Positions 26,931 through 40,066 of a stretch of 64,000 bases of DNA are shown here, piece after piece. Origin of the DNA: Camelus dromedarius (taxonomy: Eukaryota); the NCBI RefSeq assembly GCF_036321535.1, contig NC_087437.1, positions 24,554,001 to 24,618,000 of the forward strand, read 5' to 3'. The position numbers were made by a program, and so were the translations under genes. Positions within the stretch are counted from its first letter, which is position 1. Every line of letters starts with the position of its first letter. The notes below the pieces were generated by a model. The model was not told the origin of the DNA, did not search any database, and worked only from the letters and a program-made list of their open reading frames with translations.

Positions 26931-28794
26931 GGGACAAGCCTAGCCAAACTTCCCACTGCGCAGCACTTTCTACCTGGTGCTCTTATTTAAAGTAACGAAG
27001 AGGAGAGGACCTTGGAAATCCTTGGCAGGCTAAAATGCATATTCCCCACCCCCACCCACCCACCCCCCGCAACGCAACTGCCCTCAGCTGCCCTCGGGCT
27101 GGGACGTGAGTAACTTCCCCAAAGGACATGTGAAGTTTCCCTGTAGGATGAGCTAGTCATGGGCACTTGGGCACCAGTGACTTCACCCTCCTGCCAAAGG
27201 TCATATCATTCAACTTTCTGCCAAAAACACTTATCCAAGGAGGCCTAAGCACTCTTCGGGGCAGAGGAGTGCAGGTGAACCAGCTCACTTCCCGGGTCCT
27301 CTCTTCCTACTCCCTTGGTCCCAACTCGGACATGAGAGATTGAAAGGCAGGCCTTTCCTCCGACACCCGCGTCCCTCCTCACACTCCCCTCTGGGCCCCC
27401 GGGAATGGTTGTGCTGAGGCGCCGCGCAGTCCCAGGTGGGATGGGGAGGCGAAGCTGGAGAGGCCGACGTCTTCTCGAGCAGATGCAGGGCTCAGGCAGC
27501 AGGACCAGGCGACTCTGGCCAGGGGTGCTCGGGGTCCTTCTCATCTTCGGTTGCTCCCACCACAACGATTCCGTAGGTGAAAGGGCTTTATTGAGTGGCC
27601 TGTCCCACAGGCGTCGTGGTGGGGAGACCCGAGCAGCAGGAGAGGTCCCTCTACCTCGTCCCTGGAGCCGCAGTGGGTTGAGGGGCGCCTTCCGCGAGAA
27701 GGACGGGAGGGGGCGCTCATCCCAGAACTACCGGCGGGGGACCCCCTCCATCTCGCGCAGCCCACGACTCTGACCTATCTTGGCAGTTCCAGTGGCCGTC
27801 CCCTCGGGGCCGCTCTTTTCACACCCACAAGTCGCCCTGGAGCCTTGCGCGCCTTCTCCTCACGTCTGCTGCCCTTGCCCTACGAGCTGATTCTCCTAGG
27901 TGCTCTTGAAGGGAATCTAGTATTCAGGCCCCAAGAGCCGTCGTCCTCCCGCTCATTGCATCCCAAAGCCTCAACCAGGCCCGCAGCACCCACCCTCTCC
28001 CTGGTCGGGAAGGGACAAGGTGGACGTGGAGCCTGTGCAGTAGGAGCAGAGGAGGAGGGCCTACGGGTGCACAGAGGCTCGGTGACCACGGACCAGGTAG
28101 GAGGAAGTCTCTGGTGGTTCAGGTTGTTCTGATATACCTGGAAAAATTTCTCCAGTGGCAGGGACAGATAAGACAGCTTATGCATCAGATGCTAAAACCC
28201 ACTGAAAATCCCCATTGGGATTCAGAAAAGAGTCCTGTGGGCTGTGGCCACACAGCCTTAGGGCTTGGCTCTTCGCAGCTCTTTGAAGGGAGTCCAGAGG
28301 TCTGAGCAGCTGCCACTCCCAGAGGGAGTGGCATCCATCTAGTAAGACTCCTGAGGGCAACTGTGCCCGATGTACCCCATCAGGACTTACGGAGGGCTTG
28401 GAGCCAGCCTGCCCCCTCCCCACCACTTTTCTTTGTTTTATTCCCACCAGCTACTAGGCTTTTCTTTGGGAAGTCAAAGGTGGTTTGTGTTTGGTGCCAG
28501 AGCCGCAGAAGGCAGTCTTTCCTCGGAGACACTGAGCATCGTTTACCTTTTTCCCTTCCGTAATGGAAACCTGTCCATGAGTGCCAGTGTCAATGTGGTG
28601 AAACTAGGAGCAAGGGAAGTCTCCTCTACAAAGGCTGCTTTGGTGGGTCTTCCCTTCTGCTGCCCTGAACAACTAGGCTGCAGAGCTGTTTTTGCGAAGC
28701 CATGAGGGAAGGCAGGGAAGAGGGTGGGATGCTGTGCGAGGGCCCCAAGTCTCTCTCAGGATGAGAAAGCAGTAACTGGACACTCAGATTCAAA

Positions 28795-31594
28795 AGAGGG
28801 AGGGGAACATCACATTATTTATTTCCAAACAAAATAGCAAAATGGAGCTTCATGTGCACAAAAGTCTTTGGAGGGAAAAAGAATCACAGATTTTAATTCA
28901 TTTTTACATATTTACAGCAAGATTAAACCACAGCTTTCGACTATGTTTTCATTCAACAATCACCTTTAGTCAAATACATAACAACTTTTTTTTCCTTTCA
29001 AGGTAGTTCATAATTTAAGGATGCTAAGGGGACAGATGATAAATCACAAACTGTGTGGGTAGAGAGGGTACCAAATACTCTAAGGTTTCAGTCAGGCTTT
29101 CTTACATGTGTGAGTTATGATTACAAAAATTTGCCTGTCTGTATAATTCACATTCATTGCAATCATTACATTTTCCCATAAATTAGCGATATAAACAAAC
29201 ATATGGGGACCTCCAGTAAACAAATAAAAATCAATATAAGAGACAACATTTTGTAGCAACTATAATAACAGCATGGGTTACAGCTTGAGGAAACTTCTTT
29301 ACAAATCATTTAGTCAGCACAAACGGGATGGGGAGGCTGCTACATCCTTGTTTATTTAAACCACCTTCAAAACCACATCAGAAGGTTTGGGGAAAGCTGG
29401 ACAGGGTGAAAGTTTCTTTCCTGGACACAACATGAAATGAAGAACTGCACATGTGGATGGGGAGGGGGGCGTTTGCATGCACTTTGGGGTCGTGGATCTT
29501 CTGAACTCCAATTGCCAAGATTCTGAAGAAAACAGGAAATTATAAAAACATCTCTCTCCCTCAAGCCACTCTCCTTCTATTAACGGCAGAAAGGGCTTGC
29601 TGATTGCTACTAGCGAGAAGAAAACACTACAATGGGTCTATTTTTAGCAGAGATTGTCTTTGAAGGATCAGGAAATATTAACAATTGCTTGGCTTCAGCC
29701 TTCCGTTCCAAGGATCTGGAGTAAGAATATTGGGAGCGTGAGGGATTCCCCCAAGGAGGTTCATCCAGGTGACATGACTTGGACTGACTGAGTGCAGACC
29801 AGTGCAGAGAGAAGCAGACACACAGTGTGGGCTTAGGGTACATCCCCTCTGCCTGCACTGTCTCTGAATTCTTTCTCCCATGTCCCATGTCCTGTGCAAA
29901 GGGCCCCTCAATGTCTGCACACCTCCACAGGCCCTGGGCCTGATGTCTCTGCATTGCTTTTGTTTTTCTCATTGCAGGACTTAGCCCTAAGTTACTAGTT
30001 AGTGTAGTGTGCGTGTATTTTTTTTTTAAAAGAAGTTTGATTTTATCTCTTTAGAAACGGTTTGAAACTAACGGGGCAGAGGGAATTTGACAGAGAGGAG
30101 AACAAATCGCTGACAAAGAACCTTTTACGTTTCATCAGCGTTGTTAGGACGACAAGCAGGAATGTCTCAGATAATAACTCCCACTTCAAAGATTTCTCAG
30201 CTCAATAGAAAGCAGACCATCCTTTTTATTCAACCACAAGGACTGGCACTAAAGAAGACTCCACTGTTTGATTTTTTTTCTACCTTGTTTATTTTTCCCC
30301 TATTCACTGGGGTACTTGGATAAAATAAACAACAAGACAATTAAGGGAACATGGACTTCTAACTTTCCTGCCATCTTCCCTATCCCCTTGGCCTTGGGCT
30401 CTTCAGCCAGTGCCCAAGGCCAGACCAGGCTGGAGGGGTACCATACACCCTACCCTGGGGAGAATCAAGTTGGGGGAGGGGTTGTAAGAAACTTCTGGGA
30501 TAGAGGGGCAGAATGGGCTGTGCTGGGGGCCAGAGTGCAAGTGTCCCAAAGGCACTGAACTCTTTAGACTTATCCAGGGCGTCTCCTCTCCTTCCTCCAA
30601 GTCCCATTCAAATTCAGGCCTCCACCCTGCTCGAGATGTAGAGGCTCCGGGCACAAACGGAGCTGGGGATGCTCATTTGTTAAGCCTCTGAGCTTGCCCT
30701 AAAGTTATTTACTTCTGACCCTGGAGCCTCTTTGGGGCGCAGTCAAGATGCACGGAGTCCGGCTCCTCCCTTTCCCGAAAGCGTCCCTGGCTCCAAAGCG
30801 CCCCCCCCCCATCAGAGTGCAAGGTGAACCCCTAAACGCTGGCGAGGAAGGTCCTCAGGAGGAAGTACATACTGGAGAGCGCAGTGACAGTATTAAATGG
30901 CGTGAAAGCAAAGGTCAACGCAAATGTATCTTAATAGAGTGTCTGCAGTGAAGTGTGCCGCCTTTGAAGCGGCCGCTCCCTGCGCGCATTTCCATGGCGA
31001 GCCTAACGCGGCATGCTGATGCACCGTCAAACTCACACTTTCAACCCCAAAACCCGACTCTTTGAACAACCCGAGCTTGATTAGACCTTTCTCCTTTTCT
31101 TTCCCCTCTTACAAACCATTTCCTCGGCTTTAGAAACTCGCCATCAAACCCAAATGCGCCCTCTGATCACCGCAGAAAGCAGAAACAAAAGGGGCTGAGC
31201 GGCGATTCAAGCGGCCCTTTTCTTCCCTCACATTATTATCCATTTTTATTATGATCGGGAACAAGTGCCCATTCGCGTGGGTTTTGTTTACCGGAAATTA
31301 AATGAAAATGATTTAGTCCGCGTCAAACAAAAATATATACTTGTATACACAAGAAAAAAGGCCTGTTAGACGTAAATATTATGTCCTTAATGAAAAGCCT
31401 GGACGGGCTCCAGGCTCGGCCTTTCAGGATTTCAGTGAGACTTGCCCATTGCCATAGAAATCCTAACTTACCATGAAGATGCACCGTGGCGAAGAAACAT
31501 TGCTTTGTGCGCGGGCCCTTTGATGTCGCAGGCGCGAGATGCGGGCGCTCAGCTGCGCCGGGCGAGATTACCTTGCGAGCAACGCGGTGGACAT
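28795..31594 (-). other. ZIC4: ZIC4 terminal exon: final A of the split TGA stop plus 3' UTR
   Basis: Acceptor catttgcttgttacag|A at 31594 completes TG|A (CDS 70+618+322+1=1011 nt, 336 aa). Minus-strand AATAAA at 28823-28818 and ATTAAA at 28897-28892; 3' end approximate. Confidence 0.8.
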
Positions 31595-33555
31595 CTGTAA
31601 CAAGCAAATGAAAAATTAAAGGCGATTAGTGACCGTCGACGCATTTTTATTTTATTTCATTATTTTGGGTGGGAGTGGAAGGCAAAATGGGGCCTAGAAA
31701 TAGAAGAGAAAGAAATGAGCCCTCTTTGGGGCGGGGGTACATTTTTTAACATCTTCAGAAAAAGCAAGTTCCCCAGATGCCCTCTGCACCTTGGTGGCGG
31801 GGAGGGTGTTTACAGATGGGAAGGAGTCGTTTGCTGCCGACCGCAGGCCCTTGGCTAGGCGGCCTCTGGGCCCTATTGTGGGAGCAGGACGGGAAGGGCA
31901 CTGCAGATCCCCTTCCACAGGACGGATTCACTAGGGATGTGTTTGGAAGATTTTGGATTTTGTCAGAGATACGGAAAACAGTCCCTCTCCAGTCAGGACG
32001 TTATTTATCTGATGGTATCGGGGCAGGAGTGACAGTCCTCTAACAGTGACTGAAGAGGAAAGAGCAGAAGGAAACCCAGCAGAGTGACAGAACCTGGGCT
32101 TGTTTGCTGGCTTCAGCTTTTTAAGTTGAGCTCTTCAGGGGCTCCTCCTGGGTAGGAGCACTACACCCTTCCTTATCTCCAAATTCTTAGGGGACTGGGA
32201 TGGGTCTACCAAAACTTTTTACCCCTGTCATTGTCTTCTCCCACCCTCCCCCCAAATCTTAGCAAGAATTTTGGGGCAGCACCATCATCCCCTGCAGATG
32301 GTGGCAGACTGGGAACCAGGCTCTGATCTTTTTCCCCATTGGCAACAACTGCAAAGACTTTCCTCTCCCCTGCCGCCAACATCTGGTTCTTTTTCAGGGG
32401 ATTTGGTGCCCAGCATACCAAATACACATTCAGTCTAGACCCATTGGGTGTTTGCCTTTAAAATATTTATTATTGCAATTCATTGCTTGTTTCCCCCTCC
32501 CTGACCTTTTTAAATAAGACCAACATTGTGCGATTTTTGACAATTGATTTGACACGATTCATCCAGACACTGTCACCTAGGCCAGATCCTTTTGCTGTGG
32601 AGGCCTAGGCTCAGTGACGTCATTGGCACACTCTGCACCCCCAACTCCAAGCACTCACAAGATCCACAGGCAGCACCTCAAGCAGCGTGGGGTGTGAGGA
32701 AAGGGTGGCTGGTCTGGGGAGGCCTCAGAGCATTGAATCCTAAAGCCCCTTCAGTGCTCTTTTGTCTGTATTTCTTGTTGTTTGGACTCGTCACCTCCCC
32801 CAAGTATATAAAGCATACGGAGCAGACAGGCAGGCAGACAGATCTGTGTGCTTAGGCCAGTCTATGGGGGAGGGGCATGTACTGCCTAGGGAAGGTGCTG
32901 ACCCCACCCCACCTCCCCCAATATCCTTTACCGAAGTAGTTGGGAAATTTTGGATCTGGGACTTGAATAGCTGGGGGAGGGGGGAGAGGAGGGAGTCAAA
33001 AGGGGAAGGCAGCAGGAGGGAAGACAACGGCTCAGGAATTCCCTCTGCCACTATCCCGCCTTAGGAACTTCCGAGGAGACTCGGACTGGGACCTGGGAAG
33101 GGAGATGGGGTGGCAATCCAAGCGGCCCAGGCCTGGAAAAAATTTTTTCCCATTCTGTGAACCACTCAAGGACTTTGTGGTTTTACTTTCGCCGCCTGCA
33201 GTTGCCAAGATAGCGCATTAACTCTCCTAATGTTTTCTTTTTAACTTCTGCCTGTGTCTCTCTGTTTTCTTTACCCCAGCACTGCTTTCATGCTACCCAG
33301 TCACAAGGGCATCTGTGTGGATGGGTGGGGGTGCTGGGTGTGATGGGAGAATCCACATGGGTACCATATTTGTATTTTAAGATAATGGACATTATACCGG
33401 CATATTCAATGAACTCTTAGTGGTGACCTTCCTCCTCCCTCCCTCCCTTACTTCTCTTCTTCCCTCCTCACGCTCTCATCAAGCCTCAATAACCGGGCCT
33501 AGACCTAGCAGTCAGTGTACGCGGAAGCAGTAAGCCCAGCAGCAGCGCTAATACC

Positions 33556-33585
33556 GGCGGCGGCGGCGGCGGCGGCGGCAGCGGC
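33556..33585 (-). repeat. (GCC)n repeat encoding Ala10 in the ZIC4 read-through frame
   Basis: Plus strand (GGC)8 AGC GGC, i.e. 10 Ala codons on the minus strand. Confidence 0.9.
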
Positions 33586-33661
33586 GGGGCCAGGTGGCGG
33601 CGCGGGGCTGGGGGGCGCCGCGGGGATAGCAGCGGCGGGGCCCGCGCCCTGACACACGTAC

Positions 33662-33983
33662 CATTCGCTCAGGTCGGCACCACGAGCCGCCACCGCCGCC
33701 GAGGAGGCCACCGGGGGCTCGCGGCCGAAGTCCGACGAGGGCGACACCAGGGCAGACGGAGCGGCAGAGTCGTAGCCAGAGCTGGGCGGCGGCGGCGGCG
33801 AGCGCCCGTGCACCTTCATGTGCTTACGCAGGGAGCTGGGGTGCGTGTAGCACTTGTCGCAGCCGCGCACTTTGCACGTGTAGGGCTTGTCGCTCGTGTG
33901 CACGTGCGAGTGCTTCTTACGGTCGCTGCTGTTGGCGAAGCGCCGCTCGCAGCCCTCGAACTCGCACCTGAAGGGCTTCTCCC
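33662..33983 (-). CDS. ZIC4: ZIC4 coding exon (zinc fingers 4-5 and C-terminus)
   Basis: Acceptor gttgcctccaccag|GG; encodes [71 protein letters not shown]...ADLSE; donor ATG|GTACGT leaves TG; 322 nt. Confidence 0.94.
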
Positions 33984-36029
33984 CTGGTGGAGGCAACGCA
34001 GAGACATTAGTGCTCGTGGGCCGTGGCCCTGGCTCGGCCTCACCACCCTTCCCCCCCCCCCCCAGTTTCTCTTCCATTTTTGGGGAAAGGAGCAGTAAAA
34101 AATTTCAGAAACCTCATTCCCTGGCGCCTTAGGCCCGGCACCCCCTTCCCTGCTCAGAGCGCGCCCCCTGAGCTCCCTCCAGCCCGCCTCCACCCCTCCC
34201 CCTCTCCCGCCCGGGCCTGGGGGGAGGGTACGGAGGAGGAGCGACAAAGACTCCATCTTAGTCCAGTTTCTATTCTGGAAAACCCTGATCCCCTCCGGTT
34301 GTTTTCCTTCAAATTTTCTCCACTTGGATCCAGAAGCACCTTTGCCCAGAGAATAGAGTTGACTGAAGAGTTCGCATCTGCTCAGTTTAAAGTTGCTGTT
34401 CCAGCCAGACGTCTCTGCCTCTCCCCTCCCCGCCCAGCGATCCACCCTGCACACATCCCGTCCTGGCCCAAATTGTTTCCTAAAGTCGGTTTTGTGCAAA
34501 CGCCAAGTAGACGGAACAATTTAAGGATGCGCAGCCGATGCACACGGCATGTGCATAATGTGAATTTGTGCTGCACGGAAAGGTATTCTGAGCAATGATT
34601 CACTTCAGACGCGATTTTTACGGGAAATGAAGCCCCCTCCCCCTTCCCCTCTACCCCCTGAGGGCAAACATTTAGCAGCATTCTTCAAATCTTGCCTAAA
34701 CCGTCCGGGATCTCTCCAGTTACGCGCGCCGGCAATAATATTTTATTACGCTGCTCCAGCGGCCTCCCGGAGACTCTGCCATGGGCAGCTGCTCTCCCAG
34801 TCCTAACTGATTGTGAGAAGTCGACTGGCCTCCCCAGACCACCCATCGCCCCGCGGTCCGGCCTCCCAGGCCCAAGCCGAGAGGCTGGCAAGGCAGAGTC
34901 TGCCTGGGCCGAGCAGGATCCGAGGCCTCTCCTGCAATCGCGCCCTTGATCGCTGCGGCTTCAGGATGAGCTCAGCTGCTGCGGTCAGGCCAGGCCCGGC
35001 TCCGTGGACCGGAGGACAAGCGGGCAGACGGGGTAGACCCGGGAGGGGCTCAGATCGGTGGTGCGATGCCCTGTAGAGCCGCAGGAAGGCGCGAGCGCGC
35101 GTTAGGGTGGAAATACTGGCCGAGGACGGAGCCCCAGTCCCGGAGCTCAACGCCGGCTGGATTCGCTAGCGTGGGTAAGGGGAGGAAAGGACCCCAAGAA
35201 CCCGGAAGCCCAGATTCCCGCTGGAGCTGCAGATGCTGCGGAAAGGAGGGGAAGAAGTGTCCGGGCGCTTTAAACAAAAGGATGCCGCCGGGCGCCCTGG
35301 GTTGAGGGAAAGGCTACCAAGCGTCTGGCTAAGGAGAAAGAGATGTACGGCTGGAGGACTGTTGCCTTTGTGGTCGCTTCTCCCGCCGCTTCCAGGAAAG
35401 ACGGGTGCTTTGGGGCATGTTTGAACAAACAATGCCCCTATTCCCAAGCCCTGTTGAGGCTTCAGCTGAGCCAGAGGTTTGCACACAACCTTCGCCTCCA
35501 CTCAGAGGCAGGTTAGGAGCCCAGGGCTCCTAACCGCGCGGCCGCTGCGTCCTCTCTCTGCAGAGTGTTGTTAGTACAGTGGAACACTGGACAGTGCTGG
35601 CATCTGCCATTTTTCGGCATATCGGTACAATTTTATTTTTTTAAACAATAGGAGAAAGATGCAGAATAAACTAGTGTCCCTATTTGTCCCTTGTTTTCTC
35701 CCCTCTGATCCCTGTTAGCATCTGCAAAACTAAAACTTTTCTTCCTCCCTTCTTTCCTTTCTAAAATCACTTACAAGAACCATGTCATTCAGGGCGTGCA
35801 AAAGTAAGCAAGATTTGCTGAAATAACAGAAGGAAATGGAATTTGAGGTCTATTGTCACCCCCAAGTATTGCCCCCCCTCCCACGCACACTTATCCCATC
35901 GTGTGAGCGCCTTGGTGGACTTTCGCGTAAAACAGAAGGAATGATTTCGTCCCAGACGAGGAACTGAGGCGAAAAAAGCAGGGCACAGAATGTGATCTGG
36001 GCCGCCTGGAAGTTCCAAGGCCCTTGGGA

Positions 36030-36760
36030 GGCCAGGTGAGGCCGCGCCCCCGCGCCCTCCCGGCCTCTCAAAGCAGCAGTAGGAGCCCAGGACTCCTCGC
36101 TTAACTCTGCACCCGCACCCCCACCCCAACACGCAGCCTCCCTCCCCCTCCCTCCCACCTGGTCTGGGCGCTGCGCCCTTGGTGGGTGGGTGGATGGATG
36201 TGGAGAAGCAGGGTTGGGCCAGGGCTCCGCAGCCCGCCCCGAGCAGCCTGGGCCTGAGGCAGAGTCGTGGAAGGCCCGGAGTCTCCTCCCAGAGGCTCAA
36301 CAGCCGGGAGAGGCCTCCTCCCGGCCCGGCGCCAGGACCGCCCGACAAAGTTCGGTGGCGGCCGCGGCGGCGGCGGCCGCGGCGGCGGCGGCGGCGGGGC
36401 AGTGCGACTCGCGCCATTTTCTCGCACTTGTGGCTGGGCGGGCTGAGCCGGGCCCTTCCGCCCCGGCGCGGTCTCTCCTCTTCCACCTCGGATCCCAGCC
36501 CTGCCTCCCTCTCCTGACTGCCCGGGAGAGTGGGGCGAGCCCCCAACCCAGGGGTCCTGGGAAGGGCGCCGGGCGGCGGGCCCGTGGCTCCCTCGCGGCG
36601 GCACCATTGTTCCGGGATGGCTGTGACCGCCGCAAAGCGAAAGCTGTCGGAGTGGTCTCGGAGCCGCTGCCTCGGAAGCCAGGCCCGGGATTCAGACCCG
36701 GGAAAATCGCGACTGCAGAGCAAGCAGCTCCTATTCGCCGCTTCCGCGACTCGAAGAAAT
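36030..36760. promoter_or_regulatory. Intronic CpG island with CGG repeat and YY1-like motif
   Basis: Dense CpG; (GGC)n with two GCGGCCGC at 36357-36398; CGCCATTTT at 36412-36420. Confidence 0.7.
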
Positions 36761-38529
36761 GAAACGCCATTAATATTTGAAAAGGCAATTATTTTCCTGT
36801 TGAATAGAGAACTGTCTTCATGAATAATTTGCAGTGAGGTCTATTGCCATTTGAGAAACATTTGGGTTTTTTTTTTTCTTCCTCTTTTCATTACTTAGAA
36901 GGAGGGTTTGAGGGAAATGCCAGAGCAGAAGAGACTCTCTCTCTATATTTTAAACTCCGGTGATAATGAATCAAGGCTGCCGGTGGAAGGGAAAGGATGC
37001 ACTTAGAATTCTGTTATGAATAGACGCAAACCTGAGCCAGCTCGGGCGCACTGAACTTGCTTCTCTGCTGTAGGTCGATTGCATTGAGAATTTAACCATT
37101 TTCTGCTTCACGGACTTCAAACAGTAGCCCGGCAAAGAGCAGTAAAAGTTTGTTTGTTTAAAACCCCCCGTCATTAAAAATGAGTTCCTTCTCTGGCTCA
37201 GGACTGCGAGTCTATCTTCGCGGTGCGAGCCGCCAGCTCATTGAGTAGCGGGGCCTGAGGGCGGTGATCAGGGCCTCACTTCCCTCCTCTTTCCCCTGGA
37301 TAAAACTCAAGGAGATGGGGGGGGGGGTGCTTGACAGAGGGTTGAGGGGGATCCTGGAACCAGCTCCGAAAAACCGTACATTTCCGGAAATAAACTAGGA
37401 AACTGAAAGTGGACTTCGATCTGGCATCCGTGTGGGCCAATGTCCTGGCCAGGAATATTTCCCAAGATGGCAGAATTTGGGGGGAGAAGGTGGGATTTAG
37501 CAAACTTCTTTCCTGGGTAGTACCAGGCTGGAGAAATTCTTTGACTAATAATTGCTGATGTTTCCACCAAGAACAGAGGTAAGTAAGGCAGAGTGCCAGG
37601 GAATACAAGCTGGGCACCAAACTGGAACTTATCTCATCCTGTTTCCCCAACCATCCGCTTCTCCCGCCCCCAAAATGGAGGAGGGGAAGGCAAGTGGGGG
37701 CAAGAAAACCCTAGCTAAGGAGAATACAAACATTGCTGCTAAACTATTTAATGTAACTTTACAGGCTGTTCTGGGAAGTGTGAAAACTTTCTCCTTGCAA
37801 TTGCATTAATTAGAGTTGCTTCTGGCCAGAGGAGTTGAACTTTTCAGGCTCCTGAGCAGGTTCCTTTTCTTTCTGTTAACTAGAACTAACAGATGTGGTT
37901 GACACATGTCCCCATTTCACTTAACAGCTCAGTAAATGACATTTAAAGCAGATGAGTCTCCTTGGGTCTCTGCTAAAGCAAATGGGAGGGTTTGTGAAAG
38001 GTCCCAAGTCTTGGTCACCAAGGCTTCAAAACAGGGGCAAAGTTAGCCCATAAGACCCCAAATCCTAAAAAAGGCACCAAGGGCCTAATAAGCTCTCAGT
38101 TCGAGTGGCAATCAGGTTATCAAGCTGACCATTGGAAGAGTGCTTGCCACAAAATTCCAAAGGGACAGGCAAAAATTAAATTGTTCCCATGTCTTTACGA
38201 CTTTGGGAACAGTGCCTTTTAAAATACCTTAAAACCAAACTCAGTAAGCAGGGATCACACATTTGCACACACAGAAACCCAAGCACGTTCACCCTCACCC
38301 TCTCCCCACAGCAGAAATCTCACACTAGCCTCCCACACACAGTCTCAGGAAACGTCTGTGATTCCCATAGAAGGGCATAATTAATATTTTATGAACTTTA
38401 GCTCATGGAAACACCAAACATCCCTCCTCCCCCCAGGTGGAACTTGAGGAAATCCAGCCGCGAGGGCCAGGAAGAGACCCCCTGCTCCCCTAGAAGGTCC
38501 GCACGAGACAGACAGTGCCGAATACTGAC

Positions 38530-39147
38530 CTGTGTGAGTTCTTTTGTGTATTTTGAGATTTTCTGATCTAGCAAAGACCTTCCCACACCCCGGGAAAGGA
38601 CAAGGGAAGGGCTTCTCGCCCGTGTGCACGCGGATGTGATTTACAAGTTTGTATTTGGCTTTAAAGGGCTTGCCCTGGCGCGGACACTCCTCCCAGAAGC
38701 AGATGTGGTTGGCCTGCTCAGGGCCGCCGACGTGCTCCACGGTGACGTGCGTGACCAACTCGTGCATGGTGCTGAAAGTTTTGGAGCAGAGGCGCGGGGG
38801 CGCGGGGCCGTCGGCCGCCAGCCACTTGCAGATGAGCTCCTGTTTGATGGGTTGACGCATATAGCGGAAGAAGGCGCCGGGACCGTGGGGCGCTGCGAGG
38901 TTCATGGTCAGGTTCATGCCCCCGTAGCCGTGCAGGGCTGCGGCAGCTGCTAGGGCGTCGCTGCGGGCCACAGGTCCCGGCGCGAAAGGTTCCGGCCGCG
39001 CGTACATGTCTCCGGGGAGACCCAGACGCAGGAGTCCATTCAAAGTGCCGCCGGGGGAGGCCTGGGGAGGCTGCTCGTGAAGGCCCGGGAACACCGAGGG
39101 GCTGGAGGAGGCAGCGAGCTGGGGGCCATGGTGTCCAGAGCTGCTAC
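38530..39147 (-). CDS. ZIC4: ZIC4 coding exon (ZF-NC, zinc fingers 1-3)
   Basis: Acceptor acaacag|GTAGC; encodes [11 protein letters not shown]...[20 protein letters not shown]...KIHKRTHT; donor CAG|GTCAGT; 618 nt. Confidence 0.96.
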
Positions 39148-40022
39148 CTGTTGTCGAGACAAATAGCGCGAGTGAGAATGGGTGGCGTGGGCTGAGCGTT
39201 CTATCGGGCCCCAGGGGGCAGGCCCAGCCCAGCCACACCACGGCCTCTGTGGTCAAAGCCGGGACCCGGAGCCAGACGGCGGCGGCGGCAGCGACCCCGG
39301 TGGACAGCGCGAGGCCAAGCTCCTCCACCGCGGACCGGCTGGGAGGCTGTTCCGTAGAGCCCCCTGTCGCTTCATGAGCAGGAGAACGATGGTGGCGGCG
39401 GGGTAGGTGGAAGGGTCAGTGGGGTGCGAAATGCTGAGTCTGTGGGTTGCTGGGGGTCCCTAGGCTCTGCTGCAAAGGAGTCCGAACTGCGCTCCAAGCA
39501 GTGACCAACTCCCTGGGGCGCTCTGGGCTGGGGCGCTCCGGGCTGCGGCGCCCAGCGAGGGAGTGGAAGTGGGGAAAGTGGTGATGTTGTAGGTGGTGGT
39601 GGTTTCGAAGCGCCCCAGCCATATATACAAATTTCATTGCCCAGCTCGGCTGGGAGAGAGAGGCCTGCTGCATCCCGGCTGGGACTCCCCGGAGCTCCTT
39701 AGGTCGGGCCGCTCACGCCACCATCACCTGACAGCGGGGAGGGGAAAGAACAACCACAAAAAAACTTCTGCAAAGTTTTTTCCTCCCTTCAAGTTTTGGG
39801 TTGTGACTTTTTTTTTCCTCCCTCTCTCGGTCTTTAATGCGTACTTGAAATCCTGTACACTACAGAGGCAGCAGCGGGGCGCGTGAGGAAGTGAATAGAG
39901 ATTCGGGGCCGTGGCCCCGGCCCGCCGAGAGGAACAATCGCCTGGGTCGCCCATTGGCCCGCGGCCCGGTCCGACGTCAGCGATGACAGGTCCCTCCGCA
40001 CGCGGATACACACATACACGCG

Positions 40023-40066
<44 letters not shown>

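Larger units (their letters stand above)
33490..35550. promoter_or_regulatory. CpG island over the ZIC4 finger 4-5 exon and adjacent intron
   Basis: Very high GC and CpG density visible in the sequence. Confidence 0.75.

Noticed and set aside
35785..36788. Long overlapping ORFs (312, 190, 168 and 163 aa) in the ZIC4 intron
   Set aside because: Low-complexity Arg/Pro/Gly/Ala translations in several frames of a stop-poor CpG island; no recognisable domain.
39285..39312. REST/RE1-like GGACAGCGC
   Set aside because: Right half-site only; the left half and spacing do not fit.
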